A stretch of 64,000 nucleotides of DNA from Octopus vulgaris (lineage: Eukaryota), in assembly GCA_951406725.2 (NCBI GenBank), contig OX597818.1:57660001-57724000 (forward strand), written 5' to 3'. Below the pieces are notes generated by a model. That model was not told the origin of the DNA, did not search any database, and saw only the letters and a list, made by a program, of their open reading frames with translations. Positions 51,900 to 64,000 of the stretch are shown here, piece by piece. Within the stretch, counting starts at the first letter, position 1, and each line of letters begins with the position of its first letter. A program made the translations under genes and the position numbers.

Positions 51900-53319
51900 T
51901 CAGTCGTGTTATAATAATAATTCAGTCGTGTTAGATGTTGACACAGTCATAAGAGAGCTTGAGCAAGAACAAACATACAAATATTTAAGGATAAATGAAG
52001 GCTCTGGTATTCAGCATGCAAGCATGAAAGAGAAGATCAGGAAGGAATGTTATAGGAGAGTTCGTGCAGTCCTGAAATCTGAACTAAATGCACGTAACAA
52101 GGTGTTAGCTATAAATTCCTTAGCAGTTCCAGTTGTTACTTATAGCTACAATGTGTTGAACTGGAATATGAGTGAAGTAAAGAATATAGATAGGAAAATA
52201 CGCAAGCTGCTGAGTTGTAATAGGATGCACCACCCAAAGGCAGACGTAGATCGCCTTTACCTTCCCAGAGCCCAAGGAGGTCGAGGCCTGATCCAATTCG
52301 AACTAGCTTACAAAACAACCACAATTGGACTGGCCAAATATCTCGAAATATCGAATGACTGGATGCTAAAGCTCGTGGAAAATCACGAGAGACGAAAGAA
52401 GCTTCATTCTATCATAAAGGAAAGCAAAAAATTTGCTATTGATCTCGTGCAGGATACCCAAACTGAACAACCCGAGGGAAGTACGGCAACTATTGTTGCA
52501 AAGAAGGTGAAAATGATGGCAATGAAGAAAGCGCACGAGCAATTGGCTGATAGGTGGGAGGAGAAACCTCTGCACGGCAAATATGTGACCCGCAGCAAAC
52601 AAGCTGATGTTGAACAGAAGCAAACCCATCAGTGGCTACGGAGCTCAGGGCTAAAAGCAGAGAGCGAAGGTTTCATCCTGGCTGCTCAAGATCAAAGCCT
52701 ATTAACCCGGAACTACCAGGCCAATGTCATGAAAAATGGAGCAGACCCAAAATACCGATTCTGCAACGACATGATTGAAACAGTGGACCACCTAATCTCT
52801 GGATGTAAAGTCTTAGCACCAGTGGAGTATAAATTAAGACATGACAGAGTTGGCCAATATCTCCACTGGCTAATAAGTCGGCATTACAATATCAAAACTG
52901 CCGACAAGTGGTATAATCACCACCCTGAGGCTGTAACTGAAGGAGAAAATGTAACCATTCTGTGGGACTTTCCAGTACATACAGACCGAACCATCAAGGC
53001 CAATAAACCAGATATTGTTGTGAAAGACCAAAACAATAAAGTTTGCTTATTGATCGACATGAGCATCCCCTGTGATCATAATATCTCAGCGAAAGAGTTT
53101 GACAAGCTCAGAAAATATAAAGACCTACTCATTGAAATTGAGAAAATGTGGCATCTCAAGGCGGTTACAATACCAGTGATCGTAGGAGCACTAGGAATGA
53201 TCAAGAAGGGAACCGAAAATTATATGAGAATGATCCCTGGCTTACCATCCCTGCAAGAAGTGCAAAAGATTGTCTTAACTGGTACATCACACGTATTGAG
53301 AAGAGCATTGTCGATGTGA
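51900..53319 (+). CDS. R4/Dong ORF: RT thumb, zinc knuckle and RLE
   Basis: About 470 codons without a stop; first knuckle Cys replaced (KYRFC versus KCRFC in copy 1). Confidence 0.85.
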
Positions 53320-53489
53320 GAACTGTTGCTGCTCATGTATTTTAATTTAACTTTAAAAAAAAAAAAAAATGAACGAACTACTGAGTTTGGTTTAATGGCC
53401 TACCAATGTATGCTATGAGTTTCTTTGCCCTAGGAGTCGGGAAGACACTCGGCAAGAAATGGAAACAAATTTGAAAGAAGAAAAAAAAA

Positions 53490-53490
<1 letters not shown>
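51900..53490 (+). mobile_element. 5'-truncated R4/Dong-clade RLE LINE, copy 2 (different subfamily)
   Basis: YKYL, RLYLPRAQGGRGL, KPLHG, RHD, KPDI..D..K..KY; flanked by (AAT)n. Confidence 0.92.
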
Positions 53491-53550
<60 letters not shown>

Positions 53551-53552
53551 TA

Positions 53553-53675
53553 ATACCTTAGGAATGAGAACCCAGGTTCTCCAAGACACCTGATGAAGGC
53601 TGCAGATTATATCAGCCAAAAGGTTGTGTTAACAACAAACAAGATGAGGTCAAATGTAAATATTGTAAATAATTT
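53553..53675 (+). mobile_element. Hammerhead-bearing body of the 9945-10274 family
   Basis: GACAC-CTGATGA-A-GGCTG..CAGCC-AAAAG (mutated GAAAC)-GTT-GTGTT; preceded by (AAT)n. Confidence 0.7.
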
Positions 53676-54280
53676 ATATTATCACCCTCAAATTTGAGAA
53701 ACAACCATTCATGAGTTTTCTTTTAACACTTCATTGCATGATGTTGATACCGTGAAATTACTTGAATTAAGCCCAATAGTTTATGCTTCATTAAAATACA
53801 GTTTACTCTCTTTTTAAAATTTAATTATACTTAAATCCAAGTTTTTGCCTTACTTATATTTTTTCATATTTTCCTTCACAACTATTTTGATACAAATTTT
53901 GGTTGCATGGAAACAAAACTATGAAATAACTCATGCTTTCTTCTATCATTGAAGCTAAGAAAAATATATTTTGCTTTTAAAATAAAAAAAAAGTTATTTA
54001 GACCTAAACTTGATTGGTTAAACCCCTATGACGTTGCTTCAAGTTTTGATGTAAACTTTTTTCTACTGGATCTTTTTATGCCAAAATGGAGTTAGGGACC
54101 AGTCCTCTTCAAAAATGTTAGCAGTTTTGAATTTGGTCATGAAATGAATTAACGACAAGCTCTGAAAGATGCTGAATGTGAGTAAATTGCGGCTTCAAGA
54201 ATATTACTCAAATTGTACCGTAATTGAATGATATTAATATGTAGGAGGATTTAAAATATCGCCAAGTAATGTTCATATTA

Positions 54281-54329
<49 letters not shown>

Positions 54330-54392
54330 CACGCATATATACACATATGTATGCATGTATGTATGTATGTATATATATATATATACATATGT

Positions 54393-54435
<43 letters not shown>

Positions 54436-54757
54436 CACATATATGTATATATATATATATGCACATATAAATATATTTGTGTATCTGTGTGTAGGTGTGC
54501 GCTCCGTGCGGGTAAGTATGATCTACGATTTCATAAATATTTAATGAAGAAATATTTAACTCATGCTGTATTACTTGACATAAATATACAATAAATTACC
54601 CGCCAGCAGCATAAGATTAATAAAATATTTCTCTTACATTAATTTTGTGCTTCATTATTTTAAAGTCCAAACTACTGTTGCATTATATAAATTGTTTGGA
54701 ATAAAAAGAATGTCTACTTTACCTGCCATACAGGCGTGTATATATATATATATATAG

Positions 54758-55530
54758 ACAATTACACCCAGGTCTCTGATATTGTTAGAGGCTGTCAGCA
54801 GTTCCCCTGAAGGAAGAGAGTATGGCTGTTTTAGTGAGGAATTTCTACCAAAATGCATCAGCTCAATTTTTCCCTCGTTCAGTCGCATTTTGTTTCTGTC
54901 CTCCCATTGACTCACAGCATATAGATCAGACTGGAGTTGAGTTCGGTCTGCTTCTTCATTGACGATTTGTTGGAGCTTAGTGTCATCAGCAAATATTTTC
55001 ACTTTGCAGTAACGTACGACACTGGAAAGGTCGTTTATGTAAATTATGAAGAGTAGCGGACCCAAGACAGTCCTCTGGGGGACACCGCTGGTGACTCTTG
55101 CTGCGCTTCAGTGGACTCCATCAACTACAACATGTTGTGTTCTATTCGCCAGGAAATACTCAATCCAGTGTAGAACTTTTCCACGGATTCCAACATTTGC
55201 CAATTTTGAGAGTAGGATATTATGGTCTACCCTGTCGAACGCTTTACTGAAGTCAAGATATATGACATCAGAGTTCGAACCTGTTCCCAAGGCTTTGAGT
55301 ACATCTTCAATGTGGTGTAAGAGCTGTGTTAGACAGTCCCTGCCACAACAAAAGTTATGCTGACTTGCATTTAGGAGTTTGTGGGTCACCAAGAAGTCAG
55401 CTATCCTTGATCTTAACAATCTTTCAAACACTTTAATGATGTGGGAGGTGAGTGAGATTGGGCGATAGTTGAGTGCGAGGGATCTGTTTCCCCGTTTGAA
55501 AACCGGGATGACTGACTGGGATAGAAACTG

Positions 55531-55531
<1 letters not shown>
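54758..55531 (-). pseudogene. CR1-group RT internal fragment (second subfamily)
   Basis: NYRPISLTSH, YLDFSKAFD, GVPQ, FADD, RDLGV; bounded by (TA)n on both sides. Confidence 0.9.
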
Positions 55532-55561
<30 letters not shown>

Positions 55562-55567
<6 letters not shown>

Positions 55568-55862
55568 AGCAAAACGTCCAATGGACGGTGTTTTCTCAAA
55601 GCAGCTTGTATGACCGTCCCACAGGCCCCACCATTTGGGAAACACTGATTTAACCAGCAAAAGAAGAAATAAAGAAAAACGATTTTATTCACTTTATCGA
55701 TCGCATTCTCCCGTGGAATCGATTTTTGCAATTTTTGCAAGACTTATACACGCCCCGATACCGTCGGTATCTACAAATCGAATTTGAGCGCAATCAGATG
55801 GAGGATGCCTGAGATTCCTAGAAAACACACACTCAGACAGACAGAACGGATTTTATATAATA
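55562..55862 (-). mobile_element. Non-autonomous Helitron family B fragment
   Basis: Reverse complement homologous to 39412-39760, including the CAGTGTTTC block. Confidence 0.6.
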
Positions 55863-56711
55863 TATATATATATGGATCAAAACATTCTTTTTTGACATTC
55901 GTTGGTACTCTGAGTTTGAAGCGTGATGCTAATCTTCAGCCATTTTGAATCTGAATGATATAAGTTGATTGTTATTATCATAAGGTGGGCGGCGATTGGT
56001 TTGATGTTGATATATCATAAGGTGGGTGGTATCGTGGTTTGATGTTGATATATCGGTATATCAGTCACAATAGTTAGTTAGGAAATACCGACTGGTGAAC
56101 AGGAAATTGACTGCGTGTTAGAAAAGAAATCAACCACGTGGTGGACAGAAAATCAGTGTGTGTTGATGTGAGGGTGCGTATCAGTTATGGACACGGAATC
56201 TGTTCGTGTTGACGAGAATGCGCGCATCTGAACATATATATATGAACGAACATGAGAGCGCGCACATACACACACGTATTTATATTTCAGTAATGTCATT
56301 ATTTCGTGCTTTCTATGGTTTGTTTGGATTCTCTCTTCGTTTTCTGTGATTAACCGGTGTTTGTTGACGTTGGAAGATTTAGTACGTAAATATGGAACGA
56401 TGAAAATGAGTGCCCAACACTGCATTGGTGGATATAATTTCTTTATTTGCTTCATGTTACGAAAAATAAGAAAATATCCCAGTGTCTTAACAAATTTTCA
56501 AGCCCATCACATTGAGAGAGGTGGCAAACCGTCTCATTAAGACACTAGGGCATATTTCATATCATGAAACGAATGGTAACTTTAATTCACAAACAAAGAA
56601 ATATCCACCAATGCGTTGTTGAGCCCTCATTTTCATCGTTCGTCAATCACAGATACACACACGCAAACACATACACACACGTAAACACATACACACACAC
56701 ACATATATATT

Positions 56712-56760
56712 CTAGCGGAAATGTCCGGCGTTGCCCGATTTAAATAAAATGAAATTTTAA
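56712..56760 (-). mobile_element. Helitron 3' end
   Basis: CTAG plus hairpin CCGGCGTTGCCCG, like the family A end. Confidence 0.55.
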
Positions 56761-57241
56761 AACGCCGTCTCGATTATGCAAAATGGTAACGGGAATTATG
56801 TTACTTAATACGACGTGCAGAAATTGAATAAGAAGTATTTAGGAGGGAAAATAAAGAATTGTACGGGTTGAAGAGAAATTTGTCACTCAGTGAACGAAAG
56901 AGCCAGTATCGAAGGAGCCAGTATCGAAGGAGCCAGAAAAAACGTCAACAACAGAAAAAAAAAAAAAATTGCAAAAGTAAATAGAAATCTTTTAGAGAAA
57001 TTTATTAAGTGTAAGTATTGAGGTGAAATTCATGAAGTTACTTCTGTCAGTAAATTATGGAATTACTTTCTATCAGTAAATTGTCGTTGTTGCTTGTAAA
57101 TAGCGATTGAAAACTTACGGTGAAAACAATAGAGATTGAACTTAAGGTGAAACAATGGTGACTTAGAAAACAATAGCGTCTCAAAAATAAAATAGAGAGT
57201 GAGTGAGATATAGAGAAAGGTAGAGATAGATAGATAGAAAG

Positions 57242-57285
<44 letters not shown>

Positions 57286-57535
57286 CTAGAGAGTCAGACA
57301 GACAAATAAGATAGATACAGATAGACAGATATAGATAAGATATAGATAGATACAGAGAGATAGATAGATATAGAAAGATACAGATAGAGATATATAAATA
57401 GAGAGGTATATTGATATAGATAGATATGTGTGTGAGTGCGTTACGTCCCGTGTTTATAAACTAGCAGAAACTTGTCGTTTATTGTGCTAAAAGCGAAAGT
57501 AATATCTGGTATATGAAACAAACAGCGAGAAAGAG

Positions 57536-57575
<40 letters not shown>

Positions 57576-59531
57576 AGGAATGTACGAATACATTACGAAG
57601 GATATATCATAAGCAGTTCATAATTATTTATGAATATATGAATGGCCAAACGTGTAATAATAAATTTCATGAAAGAAGCTTGTATAATTATGGATAAATC
57701 ATAATTATAATGGAGAGGGTTGCAAAAACTCTTACATATCTAGAAATAGCAGTCAGAACTATCGTAAAGCCACTATTAACACTCATATTCTATCTCATCA
57801 CAATAAAGTTGTTGGCGGATGACATGACATAAAATTCACAACTTAAAAATCAAAGGTTAATTCTCCATTGCAGTTTCCACTCTTCTCTTCGGGAGAATAC
57901 TCCTCTAGATACAAACTGACATGCATACAAAAAGAAAACATTCATTGGAGCTTACATGTGTCCCGACCGGCAAGATTAAGGCGTCACCTTCTATCAATAC
58001 ATTCTAATTGTGTATTTCAACGTCTGTTTGGTATATTTGTGTCGCAGATATATATGGACACACTGATGGTTGAAGAGGACACATTCATCGTGTTATAGGT
58101 TTGTAAATATTCTGGGAAATATACGAAATAGAATAGCGGATACTGCAAATAACGAAATCATCAACAAATTCAGAATAAAAATTGCATTTCGAATTTGACC
58201 GCTACATATGACAGTGAAAATGTTCAAAGTAGAGTATGATAAACATGAAATGGGGCACTTGTCTGGAGGGAATACGACTGTAGAATACAAATAGTTTGTA
58301 GAAATATTGCGGTGGAGTACCTATCAAGATAGGTCACTATATTAATATATCGTAAACATAGAGAAAGCTATGAAGTGTATAATATTTTATTGAAAGTTGA
58401 AAGTGTTAGATTATAGGAAAATAATTCTAGGCCTTTGTTGCCATAAATGGCGGAAGGCAAACTAACTTCTATTAAGTTATTTCATTTGTTCATACCGAAA
58501 ATGTCAGTTTATATTGTAATTGAAGCTTTTAAGTCCCAATCGAATGACATATATCGAACTATATATTAGTGTGGAAATTACATACATGTATATATATATA
58601 TAAAGCGGTGTAGCGTAGATTTATAAGTAAATAAAAATACACATTAAGCACAGGACTTTACCAACGAGTGAAAAGTACGTACACACACACATACGGGAGT
58701 TACATACAGGACAAAATACCGAAAGAAGACAACTCGATCATCAGTTCTCGACAGTTTACTACTACCTATTTCGTGCGTTTAATGACTAAATAGAAAAACT
58801 TTAGAAGACAACAGCATCCCAAAAATTTTTTAATATAAAATGTCTGGAGAGTTAAGGCTTCGAACGAACAAATATCAACAGAGTGGACGTACAGATTTGA
58901 TAATCGATGAAGGCGAACATTAAGGTCCGTTAGGCCAAGGCGGATTTTAATGGATAAGGGCCAGGGGAAATTTTGAAAGGTTATATAATAAAGAGAAGAG
59001 AAAAATGTCGAGAGGCGAAAGTAGAGGGAAGTGACGTCCAGTTAGATGGACGTCGCATCCAGAAAAGTGAGAGGCGGGTAAAAAGACCGATAGTCGAGTA
59101 TGAGTAAGTGAGAGGATGAGGGAAAGAAACAAAGTGACTGAGGAGATGGGATAAAGAACGAAAGATAGAAGGGAGTGAAAGAAAGAGGATTATAGAGGGA
59201 TAGAAAGAAATATATAAAACAGTGTGGAGTCGCAAAAATTGTATATAAATGCTGAGTGGCGTTCAATTATAAATACATGAAAAATACACAATATGTGTAG
59301 GATATCATTAACGTGTGAAAAATACGTAATCCCGTATACCTAGTAGACTGACACTTTCGTGTGCTCTTATATGACTTTCAGTAATATGGCTATATAATGC
59401 TAATTTAGGTCTGCATCCAATTCTATTATTATTGGGGTGATTATCAATTATTTATATTGGCATCGATAATAATAGCAATAATAATATCTCTATAAATATT
59501 CACTTCTGAATATTTGCTCCCCTTTGATCCT

Positions 59532-59577
<46 letters not shown>

Positions 59578-59579
<2 letters not shown>

Positions 59580-59692
59580 CCTGCTCGCTTAGTCAGCGGG
59601 GTGGCGTCATTCGAAGGCTAAAACAATGCGAACGCATTGTGACCAGCGATGTGTAGCAACATCTAATGGTCTGGTCGGTCACGTGACGTGAT
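59578..59692 (+). mobile_element. Isolated alternative SINE tail (as at 6582-6703)
   Basis: Near-identical sequence, between (TA)n tracts. Confidence 0.75.
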
Positions 59693-59722
59693 GTATATAT
59701 ATACATACATATATATATATTC

Positions 59723-59778
<56 letters not shown>

Positions 59779-59779
59779 A

Positions 59780-59812
<33 letters not shown>

Positions 59813-60509
59813 TCGTGTATATATGTGTGCGTCTGCGTGTGTGTATAAATATGTCTTTGTACATACACACCCATATACATGTAATGTGCATGTGTAGTGT
59901 TTTAGTGTATACGGCTCTGGATCGTAAGTTCGTGAGTTCGATTCTCGACGGAATTTATTATGGAAAATCTGCTTATCCAATGTTTTACTCTACTCACAAG
60001 AATATAAGTAGGCTTAAAATTTGTTGACAACATATGTGTCTCCAGGAGATTAAAGTTCAGGAAAATATTTAGTTGCTGTTTATAAGTTTTAATGTAAGTG
60101 TTCAAGGGCTGACGTTTGTAGGTTGTTTCTTTTTTTAAATAATTATTTCTTATAGTATGTTATTAGTACTTATTAAAATATGAAAGTAGTGGGAATTCTA
60201 AAGTATGCACAAGAAATTCTATTCCAAGTGATTCAGCTACCTATCTTTGCATAAACGCATGCGCGTGATTTTTGCGAGTGTGTGAACTGATTTAAGTAGA
60301 TTTTGTGTGAACTAGTTGAAAATGTGGAAACTCATGGATGATTCCTTCATAACTTTTTAATGCGATATCCAATATTTTGATGTGTATTAATACAGAGATA
60401 GTGAACGAAAAAGGGAGAATTTGGGAGGTGGGCTGAGAAGTTGTTTTCATAATTAGCCGTTAGAAAATCATATAAAGTATTGCTATCTTTTACTACAAAT
60501 GCCCGCATT

Positions 60510-60860
60510 CCTTTCTGAAGGTATTTTAGTGCTTTAAAGATTTTGTGCTTACATAATGGGACTAGTTCGGAGTTTGAATTAGCTGTTTGGTTCCTGAGTA
60601 TAAGAATGTGGTAGGATACTGTAGTACAGAGTTGGCAGGGTTTGTTGTTACCTTTGCATGGTTTTGTGTCTAATAATATTTGCCAGTTAATAGTAAATGG
60701 AGGGTTTCATAATTTTAATGTTTGGATACAAATGTACCATATTTTCTGTTTGGGTTTCGAAATGTGTATGCGTCTTGGTTGTATCATGTTTTGAATTGGT
60801 TGCTATATATGTAAATGTATTGGCTGGCGTGGTATTTTTGATTACGACTGAGAGACAGCA
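60510..60860 (-). pseudogene. Penelope-like GIY-YIG endonuclease relic
   Basis: TYIAT..FKT.YNQ..TF, then INWQIL..KPCQLC..HIL..NSNSELVPLCKH. Confidence 0.75.
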
Positions 60861-61611
60861 GGATGAAAAGATTGCAACTACTGTTATTCTGTATACGATC
60901 TTGGTTTTGAATTGTTTTTGTGGTTACAATTAGCAACAGCTTTTTTTTTCCCCCAGTTGCTGCTAGTACAATATGAGAGTATTATGTGGTGTTCTTCAAG
61001 TAGTTTGTCATACTTCTGATTAGGGTGGAGGTTTTTGTGGTGATTGGTATTCTTTAAAGTAAGTGTTGAAGCAGGTGATTTTCCTACTTCTATTCTTAAT
61101 TTTCTAAAGAAATCATTGTAGACCTGGTGTTATTTACAAATTGTAATTTTCCTTGTTATCAATGAGAATTGCATTGTGAGGCGTTACTATTTCCTTGAGT
61201 ATTCTTTCGAGGAAGATAACGAAAGCCAAAATATAATAAATTTGATCTCAAAAATGTCTTGAGAAATCATTCACTCTAATGTAAAACTGATAAGTTTTAC
61301 TCTAATGGAAAACTTATAACATGATAAGAAAATCAGAGGCCTGTATCTGTAGTATACATAATACATATGGGCATTTCTGAATTTCTCATACTACCATCTG
61401 AAAACATAGTCAAATAAAAAGAAGTGATACCTCCGTTATTTTTCCCATACGTATATGTTAGTGAAACATGCTTATCAAATGATATTCCATGTGCAAACCT
61501 AACTTAACAGACATCGTTATTTGAGGCGAGAGAAATAGTCGTGCAAACGCATAGAAGAGTTAATTATTATTTCCAGGTGAATTTCTCTTTCAAAATCAGC
61601 AATAAAAAGAA

Positions 61612-61647
<36 letters not shown>

Positions 61648-61670
61648 TGTATGTATATACATACATACAC

Positions 61671-61726
<56 letters not shown>

Positions 61727-61738
61727 ATATATATGTAT

Positions 61739-62082
61739 TGTGATGTGCCGTTTCTGACAGCTAATTAGCCAGATCGTGTTGCTCACCTGAAAGTAGTATG
61801 ATCATCTCAAATTAAGAAATACACGGGAATACAAGGACGTGGCTAATAGGCGTAAAGTTAAATGTTATTTGATATAATATTGTTGTAGAGAATTTGTAAT
61901 AATGATACACCACTCGAACGTGACGAATGTAATACCCTAACCCCTATAAGTAAAGAGGAGTACGTGAAGTAATGAAATACGTAGGATGTGGTTAGGCATA
62001 GTAGTATCTTTATTGGTTTTACTAAGAATACTCTATGCCGAAGTGTGCGTTATAACAATCTAACACCTTACGTGTTGTAACA
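61739..62082 (+). mobile_element. Putative 5' LTR
   Basis: TGTGA...TAACA, followed by PBS-like GTGTCGACGGGG and gag; no second LTR in the window. Confidence 0.5.
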
Positions 62083-62236
62083 GTGTCGACGGGGATTTAA
62101 AGAACTCACGAGTAATTAATAAACTCGACGAGGATAATCCAGTTCTCGTTGAGCTAATAGAAACTCGAAAGGGAGGTAATAAATTCATTAAATGGTTTGT
62201 TGTGCGAATTTTCTGAAACAAAAAAATCGTAAGATT

Positions 62237-63230
62237 ATGGAACATTTGTTGGCCGGTTAGCACGAGTAGCAAAAATAGTAACAACAGCAACTGGAAGAAT
62301 AAGCAGCGGCTAGAACTGCAAGGACAACGGCTGAAGCAACAACACCTGAAACAGCTGAAAGAATATCAACACAAGCAGATACAACAGAAGGAACAGGAAC
62401 AAATAATATTGCGGGAACAAATGCTACAATTACCGATGTCGTCAGGAAAGTCAGAAAAATTGTTCTGGACAGAATTTGTCGCGATCTCAATAACAGACTT
62501 CAAATACGAACCTGACGAAGGAGTTACTTTCGAAGTATATTACAGAAGATATGAGCAAACATTTGAGAAAGAATGTAAAGATTGGGACGACGAGAAGAAA
62601 ACGCACTTAATCTTGAGAAAACTGGCGGCAACAGAACATGAGTGATAGAGTAATTATGTACTCCAAAGGGAAACTCCTCACATGAACTTTAAGGACACAC
62701 TAGATATATTGTGTAAAAATTTCATAAGGAAAAGTTTATGGTTGCACACACGTTGGAAGTGTCGGAACATAGAGAAAATTCGATGAGGGCAATATCACAT
62801 ATGTTGGTAAACAGGGAATGAGAGACATCTAAGCTGGATGGATTGACGCCAGATATGTTCAAATGCATGATTTTTACACAGGAACTTGCTGCCGAAAAGG
62901 ACGCAGAAGTTAGAACTAGAATTCTAGCAAAGCTGGAACAAAACCAGGACGTAACCCTACAGCAAGTGTCAGAAGAGTGTGAAAGGATAGTCAAATTAAG
63001 ATGCAACATAGAGGCAAGTGAACGTAAAGTTTGTTTCCAAGTAACGCAAGTGCGAAATGGTCAGAAAAGAGATAGTGTTTTCTAAAAAAACATGAAAAAA
63101 ATCAGGGAATAAACCCATGTTTTGCATGTGGAGGTTTACACTCGAGGAAAAATTCTCCATTTGAAAAAGTAGGGTGCTTTTGTTGTGGAAATATAGGATA
63201 TATAACGAGGTACTGTAGAACGAGCATGAC
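62237..63230 (+). pseudogene. Decayed Ty3/Gypsy gag
   Basis: FKYEPDEGVTF..RRYE..LILRKL, FKCMIF..AEVRTRIL..TLQQVSEEC, twin knuckles CFACGGLH / CFCCGNIG..C. Confidence 0.85.
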
Positions 63231-63426
63231 AAAAAGTCAGAACAAAGGAAAAAGAATACTTAGTATGTCATAGGAAGAAATTGATAAGATAAGGATGATA
63301 ATATAAGGTGAAAATTAGAAAAAAAAATAAATATCGTCATTATGAACGGAGAAACGTGGAAATATGTTGATAAGCCAAACTCAATTAAATCGGAAAGTAG
63401 CACATGGTTTATGGGAAAAAAGATTA

Positions 63427-63847
63427 GGATCTTTTCGGTTTGAACGGCATTTTTTAACATAATTTCTAGGTAACTAAAAACTTTTAAACTTCGTATACTG
63501 GTAGAATGTGTTTATAAAACATCTTTTTCTCTTGGCTTTATTCAGAAAATTCTATAGTTTGTAAGATATTTGTTGTTTTTTTCTTCAATTTCTGCAATTT
63601 TAACCAATCACTGACGTCTATTTAGGTAAAAAAAAACATTCTATGCCGTATGAATATGTCCCTCGTTTAAGAAACAGATTGGGTTTATTTACATTTCTGA
63701 AGAAAAAAAAAGATGCCCTTATCTCCACCCCTAACCCTAACCCTAAAACAGATTGAAATGCAATAGATCGATACTTCGGTCATAATTATGGGTGACAATT
63801 TCATATGATACCACTACAAAAAACTGCCGTTCAAACCGAAAAGATCC
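63427..63847 (+). mobile_element. MITE, second copy, inserted in the Gypsy relic
   Basis: Perfect TIR GGATCTTTTCGGTTTGAACGGCA; TSD AAAGATT(A/G); internal (CCCTAA)3. Confidence 0.9.
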
Positions 63848-64000
63848 AAAGATTGTATTTTTCGGTGAATTTGTATGTAGCGTAACATTTCGAAGTCAAA
63901 CAAAAGATACAAAGATGATGTGTTCACGCAATTTATTCATCGCAGAATATATGGAATTATTCGAAGTATGGGATACGACCATAATTGTTTTGTGTGGATA

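Noticed and set aside
58090-58330. Penelope linker-like peptide (LGNIRNRIA..RIKIAFR); similar weak signal at 3500-3720
   Set aside because: Too degenerate to support a feature call
63729-63747. Telomere or telomere-fusion site
   Set aside because: Only about three units, internal to a MITE present twice

Overview
AT-rich, microsatellite-saturated eukaryotic intergenic or intronic DNA. It is very probably octopus or another cephalopod; this is inferred from the SINE families and the (TA)n/(AAT)n/(TATG)n density. No intact host gene or exon could be supported, and most ORFs in the track are microsatellite artefacts. The window is a mosaic of mobile DNA: four tRNA-derived SINE families, a near full-length CR1-group LINE (41889-45515), two young R4/Dong-type RLE LINEs in tandem inside an (AAT)n array (50805-53490), RTE, Tx1/L1-ORF1, mariner and Gypsy relics, non-autonomous Helitrons, a TIR MITE carrying TTAGGG repeats, and many Penelope-like (PLE) remnants. 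Main observations: (1) several different minimal hammerhead-ribozyme motifs of PLE type, one inside a TSD-flanked, tRNA-headed composite element (9945-10274) that may be a Pol III SINE mobilised by Penelope; (2) a SINE with 1 to 4 internal 184-bp tandem units, each allele flanked by its own TSD; (3) a SINE/LINE pair sharing a covarying 3' hairpin; (4) long stretches of decayed, intronless coding-like DNA (about 6.8-14.9 kb and 21-25.7 kb) of unknown, possibly viral, origin. All alignments and folds were done by eye.
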